Source: Malassezia furfur
Taxonomy: Eukaryota
Assembly (NCBI GenBank): GCA_052055015.1
Contig: JBQJIT010000051.1
DNA length: 40,520 bases
Strand: one strand, 5' to 3'
Position 1 is the first letter of the stretch; each line of letters begins with the position of its first letter. The position numbers and the translations under genes are program-made. Under the pieces are notes generated by a model. It saw only the letters and a list, made by a program, of their open reading frames with translations. It was not told the origin of the DNA and did not search any database. Below are positions 31,852-40,520 of this stretch, piece by piece.

Positions 31852-32817
31852 ATGGACGCGGGGGCGCTGCTCGACGCCTTCGCGCTGCTCGGACTCGACC
31901 TCGAAGCGACCGAGGCGCAGATCCGTACAGCATATCGGAAACGTTCGCTCCAACTACACCCAGACAAGGTCAAAGATGTACCGGCGGACGTCGCTGCCGA
32001 ACGCTTCCACCAGCTCACTGTAGCTTATGAGCAGCTGTTGGACCCTGCCACACGGGCGAATCTTGCACAGAAGCTAGAACAGGAACGTGCGCGGCGTGCA
32101 CGCCATGCAGAATTTGACTCGCGGCGACGCGAAATGGCCGCCGACCTCGAAATGCGTGAGCAGCTCGACCGGCAGGCCAAAGCACGACGCGCGCGTGCTG
32201 CGCGCGAGCGTGAGCAGCGTATCGCGGCGCTACGCGAAGAGGGCCGTGCGATGCGTATTGACAAACACGAACGTCTTTTGAAAGAGTGGCAGACGCGTGC
32301 CCAGGCCGTGCCACAGAAACGCAAAGCTGCTGACGATGTGCCGCCGCTGGGGCCTATGGATACCACCGTCCTCGTCCGCTTCCCGACGGAGCAATGGGAT
32401 GAAATGGGCGCCGATGCACTACTTTCGGATGCACTCAACACACCCCTTGGCGCGGCATTGGCGACGTACGGCGCGCTGACTTCCGTCGTCGTCAAGCCGC
32501 CCAAGAAGCGCCGCGAGGTGTCGGCACTGGCGACGTTTGCCGATATTGTGCCTGCCTGGCGCGCCGTGCAGGAAGGACATACGCTGCGATGTACCCCTGC
32601 ACTTCTGGAGGAAACCTGGATTGGGTGGGCTGAGCCCAACTTTAAGGAGCGCACAACAGAGCCCGCACGCATTGCATACCTTGCGCGGCAACCGTCTGCG
32701 GCACCTGATGCACCGTCTGAGCCCGAGACCGATGTGGGCCCTGGCCTGTTGGATGCTGAGTACGAGGCCCACACATTAGCGCGCCTGCAGCGCGCGGCCG
32801 TGCAAGGAGCTGCCTAG
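31852..32817 (+). CDS. CWC23: Spliceosomal J-domain protein Cwc23/DNAJC17
   Basis: J domain with YRKRSLQLHPDK, coiled coil DSRRREMAADLEMRE, RRM-like segment, C-terminal EYEAHTLARL. An alternative ATG lies at 31783. Confidence 0.8.
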   Translation: MDAGALLDAFALLGLDLEATEAQIRTAYRKRSLQLHPDKVKDVPADVAAERFHQLTVAYEQLLDPATRANLAQKLEQERARRARHAEFDSRRREMAADLEMREQLDRQAKARRARAAREREQRIAALREEGRAMRIDKHERLLKEWQTRAQAVPQKRKAADDVPPLGPMDTTVLVRFPTEQWDEMGADALLSDALNTPLGAALATYGALTSVVVKPPKKRREVSALATFADIVPAWRAVQEGHTLRCTPALLEETWIGWAEPNFKERTTEPARIAYLARQPSAAPDAPSEPETDVGPGLLDAEYEAHTLARLQRAAVQGAA

Positions 32818-32818
32818 C

Positions 32819-33445
32819 CTATGAATCCTCGATGCCGTGCTGCGCCTTGCGCCGGTATATTGCCTATACCCATTAGTCTTTCCTTTCCCCACATACCTGG
32901 TCACGGAGCCACTGGCGGTACTGGTGAATCGACCCGATGCTCTCGCCGTAGTAATCGGGCACCGGGTTGTGCACCACTTGCCGCGTCGGATCGGCGCGGA
33001 GACGTTTGATGCGTGCATAGAACTCGCGGTCGCGCTGTGCGAACTGTGCAGCGCGGCTGCGATGCATGAGGGTCCATACGCCCACGCCGAGCGACGGCCC
33101 AATGAGCCAGCCGACGGCCGTGCAAGCGAGCGTCGCGCCGATATGGACAAAGAGTGGGTCGATACCGGCAATGGTCTTGCTCGGGTCGATTTCCAGTGTC
33201 ATGAAATACGACCCCGATGCGATGGCGGCGATCGCCATGGTCGGCACCGTCGAAATGAGCCCAGCGAGGCGCCGCTGGCGGCGCATCTGGAGGTCTGTGT
33301 GAGGCTAATTTTTGCACGCACATGTGGTCCAAGGGAGTGTGTTGGCATTTGGTGCCGCTGACGTGCCTGCGGCGCGTGCCGTGGCAGGAGTGTGCGCGCC
33401 AAGCGCCCGCGGCGCCGCGCGTAGACCCAGGCGTCCTACGATCAT
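32819..33445 (-). CDS. PAM17: Presequence translocase-associated motor subunit Pam17; introns 33295-33321 and 32864-32896
   Basis: LPWTTYLQMRR after splicing, two TM helices, [37 protein letters not shown]. 188 aa. Confidence 0.92.
32864..32896 (-). other. Intron, 33 nt (PAM17 intron 2)
   Basis: GTATGT...GACTAATgggtaTAG with an in-frame TAA; splicing gives WLRDQAIYRRKA. Confidence 0.85.
33295..33321 (-). other. Intron, 27 nt (PAM17 intron 1)
   Basis: GTGCGTgcaaaaattagCCTCACaCAG with an in-frame TAG. Confidence 0.85.
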
Positions 33446-33548
33446 GGTGCGAGAGATCACGTGCACTTTCACGTGCGTGCACGGAGACGGCGCTCTTCTT
33501 CGGCGACGAAGTGACGACGACTGCGCTTTCGAACGGACCTACTACACA

Positions 33549-35000
33549 ATGGCCAGTGCTGCCCCTCCGCAGCGGCCGCCAAAAGATGTGCGGCCGCAGA
33601 CTGAAGATGTGACTGCGACGAAAGGCAACGACTTCGAAGACTATTTCCTGAAGCGTGAGCTCCTGATGGGCATTTTCGAGGCCGGGTTCGAGCGCCCCTC
33701 GCCGATCCAGGAGGAGGCGATCCCCATTGCGCTTTCCGGGCGCGACATTCTTGCGCGCGCCAAGAACGGCACGGGTAAGACGGCTGCATACGTGATTCCG
33801 TCGCTGGAGCACATCAATACCAAGAAGAATAAGATCCAGGCGGTGCTGCTGGTCCCGACGCGTGAGCTGGCGCTGCAGACGAGCCAAGTGGCCAAGACGC
33901 TCGGCAAGCATCTGGGTGTGGAAATTATGGTGAGCACGGGTGGCACTACGCTGCGCGATGACATTCTGCGCCTTGGCCAGACCGTGCACATGCTTGTCGG
34001 CACGCCCGGCCGTATTTTGGACCTGGCCGGCAAGGGCGTGGCGGACCTGAGCCAGTGCACGACGTTTGTGATGGACGAGGCGGACAAGCTCCTCTCGCCC
34101 GAGTTCACGCCCGTGATGGAGCAGCTGCTCTCCTTCCTGCCGAAGGAGCGCCAGGTGATGCTCTTCTCGGCGACCTTCCCGCTGATTGTGAAGGATTTCA
34201 AGGAAAAGCACATGGTCAAGCCGTACGAGATCAACCTCATGGACGAGCTCACGCTGCGTGGTGTGACGCAGTACTATGCCTTTGTCGAGGAGCGCCAGAA
34301 GGTGCACTGCCTCAACACGCTCTTCTCCAAGCTGCAGATCAACCAGTCGATCATCTTCTGCAACTCGACCAACCGTGTGGAGCTGCTCGCGAAGAAGATC
34401 ACCGAGCTCGGCTACTCGTGCTTCTACTCGCACGCCAAGATGCTCCAGGCGCACCGTAACCGTGTCTTCCACGACTTCCGCAACGGCGCGTGCCGCAACC
34501 TCGTGTGCTCGGACCTGCTCACACGTGGTATCGATATCCAGGCCGTGAATGTGGTGATCAACTTCGACTTCCCCAAGAACGCCGAGACCTACCTGCACCG
34601 CATCGGCCGTAGTGGCCGTTTCGGCCACATGGGTCTGGCGATCAACCTGCTGACCTACGAGGACCGCTTCAACCTGTTCCGCATCGAGCAGGAGCTCGGC
34701 ACCGAGGTGCAGCCGATTCCGGCGACGATCGACAAGCGCCTCTATGTCTCGCCCGCGCTCATCGAGGAGGGCGACAAGCGCGAGCGCGAGGCGGCCGCCT
34801 CGGGCCAGCCCGTGCACGGCCCCAGCGTCATGCAGCAGGGTCTCCCCTCGATCCCTCCGACGCAGGCGGCGATGCACGCCGTGCCCGTTGCCCAGAACGC
34901 CAACTTCACCGAGACGGTGCCGCACCGCCGCGGTCGCCGCGGCCAGCACCGGGGTGGCGGCGGCGGCAACCGCAACCACAACCAGCAGCAGACGGCCTGA
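33549..35000 (+). CDS. DHH1: DEAD-box RNA helicase Dhh1/DDX6
   Basis: [45 protein letters not shown]. Confidence 0.97.
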   Translation: MASAAPPQRPPKDVRPQTEDVTATKGNDFEDYFLKRELLMGIFEAGFERPSPIQEEAIPIALSGRDILARAKNGTGKTAAYVIPSLEHINTKKNKIQAVLLVPTRELALQTSQVAKTLGKHLGVEIMVSTGGTTLRDDILRLGQTVHMLVGTPGRILDLAGKGVADLSQCTTFVMDEADKLLSPEFTPVMEQLLSFLPKERQVMLFSATFPLIVKDFKEKHMVKPYEINLMDELTLRGVTQYYAFVEERQKVHCLNTLFSKLQINQSIIFCNSTNRVELLAKKITELGYSCFYSHAKMLQAHRNRVFHDFRNGACRNLVCSDLLTRGIDIQAVNVVINFDFPKNAETYLHRIGRSGRFGHMGLAINLLTYEDRFNLFRIEQELGTEVQPIPATIDKRLYVSPALIEEGDKREREAAASGQPVHGPSVMQQGLPSIPPTQAAMHAVPVAQNANFTETVPHRRGRRGQHRGGGGGNRNHNQQQTA

Positions 35001-35127
35001 GTGGAGTGTGCGCGACGACCTGCACACCGCCCGCTTTGTGTTCCTACGTATTTTTTTCCGCGCGGCACGTTGTAGATTCTGTGGCGGACGCCGCTGGGCT
35101 AGACGCCCGTTCCCTGTACCCCCTCCC

Positions 35128-35158
35128 CCAAAAAATAAAAACCTTTTATATTATACAT
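35128..35158. terminator. AT-rich putative bidirectional 3'-end/polyadenylation element between DHH1 and the Pmp3-like gene
   Basis: caaaaaataaaaaccttttatattatac, including AATAAA and TATATT, in a GC-rich context. Confidence 0.4.
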
Positions 35159-35163
35159 GGCGG

Positions 35164-36232
35164 CTAGAAGGTGTGCTCGTACTCCATAATGTCGCGCTCG
35201 GGCGCCGCCGACGCTGCGGCAGGGCGTTCGGGCGTCGAGGGGTGGTCGTACACACGCTTCGGCGGGCGCGTGCGCGAGCGCGAGCGCGTCGTGCTGGGCG
35301 CAGCAGCCCATGCCGCCGTCTCCTGCCTGCTCGCACGCACGGGCGGCACGCGCTCCTGCGTCGAGAGGCCGAGCAGCTCGCGGTCCAGATCGTCCATTGT
35401 GTCGGTTGGTGCGGTGGTAGGTGCGGGACGGCGGTAGTTCATCGTCGTCATCTCCTCCTCCTCAAACTCCTCGTAGCTTGGTTCGGTGCGAGGCGTGCCC
35501 ATGGCATAGTCGATGCGCGAGTGCCGGTCCATCGTGGGCGTGCCGGCATGTCCATGGCCGCCAAACAGCTTGCGTGTGCGGGACATCAGCGAGCGGTTCG
35601 TGCGCCGCGACGAGCCCGAATCCACCGACAAAATCGACGGCGTAGCAGTGGGGTGCGTTGGCCTGCTCGACGTCCCATAGAAGCGGTCCGGCTCGACGAG
35701 CGCGTCGGGGTCCGTCGCGACGTCGCTCTCCTCGTCGTCCTCCGGGCGCCGGCGGGGGCCGGAGCGCATCGCCGACGGAGCGTCGAACTCGTTCGTCTCC
35801 GGGTTAAGGTAGTATGCACGCCCCTCTTCGTCGTGCTGGACGTGATCGGGGACATAGAGGTAGCGGTCGGCCCACTTGCGATTCGAGCCCGTCGCATTCG
35901 CCGGGTTGACGACCAGGCCGCACTTTTTGAGCCATGCGGGCGTGCGCTTCTTGCTCGAGTTGTCGCGCACGCGCTGGATGAAGAAGTTGTGGAGCTGCGT
36001 GTGAGTGCGCGCGACACGTACGTGGCCGGGGATGTACCCCAGGATGGTGAGGATCACGTTGATGAAAAAGTCGGTGCCGATACCGAACCGCATCGCGACT
36101 GCGAGCGGCGGCACCAAAATACTGAATAGCACGATAAAGAGAGCAAATGCATGTCGTGGGCTTGGTCGCCTGGGTGAGCGGCGCAACTACGCACAGTTCG
36201 CGACGGTTGCCCGTCAAGCCCATAAACGGCAT
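35164..36232 (-). CDS. Pmp3/YqaE (UPF0057) domain membrane protein with long hydrophilic C-terminus; introns 36170-36194 and 35995-36021
   Basis: ILVPPLAVAMRFGIGTDFFINVILTILGYIPG is the Pmp3 signature. Spliced length 338 aa. Confidence 0.82.
35995..36021 (-). other. In-frame, stop-free intron, 27 nt (Pmp3-like intron 2)
   Basis: GTACGTgtcgcgcgcACTCACacgCAG; read as VRVARTHTQ in the ORF track. Confidence 0.78.
36170..36194 (-). other. Intron, 25 nt (Pmp3-like intron 1)
   Basis: GTGCGTagttgcgccGCTCACcCAG; links ATG 36232 to the main ORF. Confidence 0.78.
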
Positions 36233-36280
36233 GACGGCGGGCGGAGACAATGTGGAGGTGCGTATCTAGCGCAGGGCTAC

Positions 36281-37617
36281 CTACTCTAGGTCCGCGGCGT
36301 CCGGCTCGGCGTCGGCCGGCTCGATGATGGAGCTCGCGGGCTGCCAGACCATGACGATGTTGTCCTCGGCGGCAGTCGCTACCTTGCATGGATCCTGCGG
36401 CGACCACGCCATGTCGGTGGGGCGGCTCGTGTGCCCGCCGTGCACAAACAGCAGCTCGGCCGGCCCGTCCTCGGCGTCCTCGGCGGTCTGCTCCTCGCCG
36501 ATGCGGCTCAGGTCCCAGATGTTGACGCGGCGGTCGGCCGACGCAGACGCAAGCATCGTCTCGTGGTGCGGCGACCACGCAATCTGCAGCACCTCGTCGG
36601 TATGCGCCTCGAGCGAGTGCAGCGCGACGCTGAGATTCCGCAGGTCCCACAGCGCGACGGTCTTGTCGCTCGAGCCGGTAGCCAAAATGTACTCGCTCGC
36701 GAGGCTAAACGCGACCGCGTTCACCTCGGCAGTGTGCGCCTCGACGCGGTGCTTGGGCGAGTCGGGCGACTCGCGCGTGTCCCACAGGAGCATCTGGCGG
36801 TCGTCGCCCACGGACGCAAACAGGTGCTCGTGGAAGTTGTGCCACGCGACATCCTCGACAATCGACGAGTGCCCGCGGTACGTCTGCACGGGGTCGAGCA
36901 CCGTCTTGTCTTTTTGGTACGCATTCACGTCCCAGTGGCACACGGTGGTGTCTTCGGATGCCGCGAGAATGTGCCCCTGGCGCACCGGGTTCCACGCGAG
37001 GCCGTAGCCCTCCTTGGTCTGTCCGCGCAGCGTGATGTCTGGCCGGCACTTGCCGTCCGGGTCCGGCTGGTTGCTGTGCTTGGTGCGGTCGAACACGTAG
37101 GTGAGTCCACTCACGGCGCGCGTTGCGATCAGATCGCAGTTCTGGGGGCAATACCGCGCGCGGTTGACCTCGCCATCGTGGTTGATGCGCTGCGTGATCT
37201 GGATCCGCGGCATCGTCGAGGAATACGAGCCAATTTCTGCGTGAGCATGGCGCAAACACGTACCGCCCTTTTCCTCGTCGTAGTCCTTCATCTCAAGCTT
37301 CGCGTCGCCCTCCGCGTCGGTGAGCGGCAGGTTGGCCGACGCAATCTGCACGTAGTTCTGGTCCTGCCCGGAGGTGTGCGTGCCCATGAGCAGACGGTGC
37401 CGCGCATACCCCTTGTCGGCAAACACCTCCTTGTCCGGGAACCACTGCATCGTGAGCGTCGGCCACTCGAGCGCGTGCGTGATGACCATGTCATAGAGGA
37501 ACGGCGAATTCTTCTTCCAGACTGGGTCAGCGCGCGACACGTACTCTTGTACTCCTCGTTGGATATCATGGCCAGGTTGGCCGACGCCGCATCCTCGGCA
37601 ATGTCCACGCCCGCCAT
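36281..37617 (-). CDS. HAT2: Histone-binding WD40 protein RBBP4/7 (Hat2/Msi1/Mis16 family); introns 37522-37544 and 37237-37263
   Basis: NEEYKIWKKNSPFLYD after splicing, LEWPTLTMQWFP, HDGEVNRARYCP, EDAEDGPAELLFVHGGHT. 428 aa. Confidence 0.92.
37237..37263 (-). other. In-frame, stop-free intron, 27 nt (HAT2 intron 2)
   Basis: GTACGTgtttgcgccatGCTCACgCAG; removal gives conserved YDEEKGEIGSY. Confidence 0.87.
37522..37544 (-). other. Intron, 23 nt (HAT2 intron 1)
   Basis: GTACGTgtcgcgcGCTGACcCAG; restores invariant EEYKIWKKN. Confidence 0.92.
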
Positions 37618-37652
37618 GGTAGTTAACGACGCGACGGGGAGCGCGTCGCGCC

Positions 37653-37668
37653 CACGTGGCTCCACGTG
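37653..37668. promoter_or_regulatory. Tandem CACGTG pair in the 58-nt divergent HAT2/TTI1 spacer
   Basis: cccacgtggctccacgtgtg, 10-bp spacing. Confidence 0.5.
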
Positions 37669-37675
37669 TGCTACC

Positions 37676-40520
37676 ATGGACGCGCCGCGCGGCGACGCAC
37701 GGATCTTTGCGCGGGTGCGGCCGCTGTGTGTGACGCTGCTGCGGCACACCACGGCGCCGCGCCTCGCGCCCGAGGTCGCCACGACGCTCGGCCAAATCGT
37801 CGACATTGTGCGCGACGCGCAGCGCGACGCCGAGCTCGCGCCGGCGCTCCTGCACTACCTCTTCTACCCCCTCGCGCAGCTCTTGCGCCGTGAAGAGGGC
37901 ATCCAGGGCGTGCCGGACCGCGTGCGCGAGCTCACATTTATGCTGCTTTCGTGTCTTGCGCGCGACTGGTGGCACGTGTGGACGTGGGACAAGGTGCAAG
38001 CGCCGCCAGACGCATCGCTGCAGCAGGTGCGCGCGTGGCAGGAGTGGGAGCAGCTCCTGCTCCTCGGCGTGATGGCTCTGTCGGAGCGCGTGCGCGGCAG
38101 CGACGCATCGATGCTGGCCATCGCCCAGTTCCTCGTGCAGCTGCTCCAGCCGCGCACGCAGACATCCGAGCCAGGTGCCTACGAATGGGACGGCACATCC
38201 GAGCTGCCTTCGCTCGACCACATGGACGACGACGAGGACACACACGAGTGGCAGATATACCCCGCACACAAGCACACGCAGGCGGCGCGCAATGACCGCG
38301 CGTGCGTCGGTGCGCTGTCGCACGTCCTCAAGCTCGGGCTCGACACGGCGCTCGACGCTGCGCGGCCGCGCGAAGTCCGCCAAGCGATGCTCGAGCTCGC
38401 GAGCGTCGCGAGCCTGACTTGGATCGTCGGCGACACGCATGTGCTTGTGCATGGCCCGCGCCTCGCAATGGATGCAACGCTCGCGTACTATGCGACGCCG
38501 CACGCCGCGCAGGAGGAGTGTGCGCTGCGTGCGTCGCCCATCGTGCCGGGTGTCGTGAGCAGTGCGGTGAAACTGGTCGCCGGGCGCGTGCCCGCATCCG
38601 GTGCGCTGGTGGCACAGGCCCTGCAGCTGCTCGCCGCGATGCTCGTCGTGTGCCTAGCCGACGTCGTCACGGCGCCGCTGCGGCACGAGCCCGAAGCACG
38701 CCCGCTGCGCCTCGAAGATTTTGCACAGCGCGTCGCCGACGACGCATCGGTGGGCGACTCGGACGCGGAAACAGCGTCGGACGTAGATACCCCCGCGACG
38801 AGCATCGCCGACACGGACACGTCGCTGCGCACACCCGACTGGCTGCAGCGCACGATGCGCCCCGTGCTTGTGGCGCTGCTCGCGCTCGAGGTGCGCCACA
38901 CACACGACTATGCTGCAGCACAGTACGCGCTGATCGACTGCGCGGCACTCGTGCTGGAGCGTCTGCCGGCGACGGTCGCGGCTGCCTGGCGCGATGTGGC
39001 CGGCGATGCGGGCCCACACGACCCGCTGCACCACCTGCTCCGCGTCGTGCTGGACGTCGGCGTCGCGTCGCAGCGCACGCGCGTTGCCGCGCACGCACAC
39101 GCGGCCATCGAGCGCCTCGTTGCGGCCGATGCGCCGGCATGGCTCGCGCGGCTCGGCGACGAGTGGGCATGGGCCGTCGACGCGCTGCCTGGCGCGCTGC
39201 GGGGCGTGCACGACGCACAGGTCGTGCAGTGCGCTGGGCGCGCCGCGTCGATCGCCGCGCTGTGCGGCACGTCGCTCGCCCCCGCGCAGCTTGGCGACGT
39301 GCGCCGCGGGCTCCTTGCACACGTTCGTGCGCCGACCGACGTCGCGCACTGGGGCAGCGCGCTTGCCTCGGCGCTGGCCATGCACGACGGGATGGCCGCC
39401 GACGTGGCCGACGATGCGGCGCCGTTTGCACTGCGCCCGCGGTGTGCGCCACTTGAGCCTGGCTCGATCGCGGCCGTGGCCGCGCTGTGCGCGGCGCTTG
39501 GCGAGGCGGTCGCGGCGTTGCTCGTGCGTGCAAGTTCGTCGGCATCGGCGCCGCTGCCGTACCAACACGTCTTTGCGTCGCTCGTGTACTTTGTCCGCGA
39601 GGGGTGCGCACACCGGACCGTCGTGCTCGACGACGCTGGCGCGCAGCGCTCGGCGGTCGCGCACCTGTTTGTTGCGAACGAGCAGATGCAACGTGTTGCC
39701 GCTGGGCTAGCTGCGCCTGAGGTCGAGGCACGCATGGCGCGGAGTGACGGACGAGCGTTGCGCAAGCCCGTGCATGCGCTCGCCAAGGCGGTCGTGCAGG
39801 ACGTGCTCGACGCCTGGCGCGACGACCGCGACGAAGAGCTCGCGCCGCGCGCCGCGCGCGACGAGCGTGCCGTGGCGCCGGTGGCCGACGACGTGCCGAC
39901 GATGCAGCGTGGCCTTACGCCGAGCGAGGGCCCGGGCGACGTCGACGAGCACCTCGCGCTGCGCGCCGGCCAGGCGCTCGACGTCGGCTTTGTGGAGCAC
40001 GGCCGCTTGGACCGTGCGCCCCGTGCCGAGCCGGCGCGCCGCCTGGAGCGCGCCGCGGGGCTGCATGCGCTCAGCGACGCGCTGCTTCTCGCGCTGCTGG
40101 CGGCCGCCGCGGCGCTGCTCGGCCCGACGTTCCGCCCGTGGCTCTTGCACACGCTGTACCCTGTGCTGAGTGCGATGGGCAGCCCGCATGCCGTGGTGCG
40201 CACCACCGCGCGGCATGCGCTCGACCGCATTGCGCACGCGTGTGCGTACCCGAGCGCCGCGAGCTGTGTGCTGCACCACGCCGACTACGTGCTGGGCGCC
40301 GCGAGCTACCGCCTGGTCGCTGGGCTGCACGCCGAGCTGCGTGCGGGTGCGGCGCAGATGCAGCTTGCCGGCGCGCTGCAGCGCATGCCCACCGACGCGG
40401 CACGCACGCCGAGCAGCCTGCTGGGCGCGCGCGCCGCGCCGTGGGTGCTCGTGCAGGTGCTCGAGATGCTCGGTGCCGACGCAGTGCCGCAGGTCGAGGA
40501 CGCAGTCGACGAGGTGCTGG
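37676..40520 (+). CDS. TTI1: TTT-complex subunit Tti1 (ARM/HEAT repeats); 3' end runs off the window; absent from the ORF track
   Basis: Translated by hand: IFARVRPLCVTLL...LLHYLFYPLAQLLR at the N-terminus and LGPTFRPWLLHTLYPVL...ALDRIAHACAY...HADYVL near the window end. Confidence 0.8.
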   Translation, partial: MDAPRGDARIFARVRPLCVTLLRHTTAPRLAPEVATTLGQIVDIVRDAQRDAELAPALLHYLFYPLAQLLRREEGIQGVPDRVRELTFMLLSCLARDWWHVWTWDKVQAPPDASLQQVRAWQEWEQLLLLGVMALSERVRGSDASMLAIAQFLVQLLQPRTQTSEPGAYEWDGTSELPSLDHMDDDEDTHEWQIYPAHKHTQAARNDRACVGALSHVLKLGLDTALDAARPREVRQAMLELASVASLTWIVGDTHVLVHGPRLAMDATLAYYATPHAAQEECALRASPIVPGVVSSAVKLVAGRVPASGALVAQALQLLAAMLVVCLADVVTAPLRHEPEARPLRLEDFAQRVADDASVGDSDAETASDVDTPATSIADTDTSLRTPDWLQRTMRPVLVALLALEVRHTHDYAAAQYALIDCAALVLERLPATVAAAWRDVAGDAGPHDPLHHLLRVVLDVGVASQRTRVAAHAHAAIERLVAADAPAWLARLGDEWAWAVDALPGALRGVHDAQVVQCAGRAASIAALCGTSLAPAQLGDVRRGLLAHVRAPTDVAHWGSALASALAMHDGMAADVADDAAPFALRPRCAPLEPGSIAAVAALCAALGEAVAALLVRASSSASAPLPYQHVFASLVYFVREGCAHRTVVLDDAGAQRSAVAHLFVANEQMQRVAAGLAAPEVEARMARSDGRALRKPVHALAKAVVQDVLDAWRDDRDEELAPRAARDERAVAPVADDVPTMQRGLTPSEGPGDVDEHLALRAGQALDVGFVEHGRLDRAPRAEPARRLERAAGLHALSDALLLALLAAAAALLGPTFRPWLLHTLYPVLSAMGSPHAVVRTTARHALDRIAHACAYPSAASCVLHHADYVLGAASYRLVAGLHAELRAGAAQMQLAGALQRMPTDAARTPSSLLGARAAPWVLVQVLEMLGADAVPQVEDAVDEVL

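Noticed and set aside
37618..38503. Long N-terminal extension of the HAT2 ORF (740 aa in the track)
   Set aside because: It is the antisense frame of TTI1. The true start is 37617 via a 23-nt intron.

Overview
Gene-dense, GC-rich eukaryotic DNA, most consistent with a compact basidiomycete yeast genome (Malassezia-like; the taxon is inferred from gene density, intron size and protein style). It holds 24 conserved protein genes: CDC25/MIH1 (partial), POL5, TIM8, casein kinase I, an FMO, WDR83-like, an MBL-fold hydrolase, an SDR, RNA1, myotubularin, ELP3, a fasciclin protein, GID4, an arrestin-like protein, ATG11, MRPL35, MTF1, CWC23, PAM17, DHH1, a Pmp3-domain protein, HAT2/RBBP4 and TTI1 (partial). 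The ORF track hides several things. (1) Fourteen spliceosomal micro-introns of 22-33 nt, each restoring a reading frame or a conserved motif. (2) A box C/D snoRNA resembling snR56/U25 inside the only long (156-nt) intron, in an apparently non-coding host. (3) A 1326-codon unspliced ORF joining ELP3 to myotubularin. (4) CACGTG E-boxes concentrated in the tiny spacers. (5) Convergent stop codons that overlap or nearly touch. No mobile element, CRISPR array, tRNA or rRNA was seen. All identifications are by motif recognition, without database searches.
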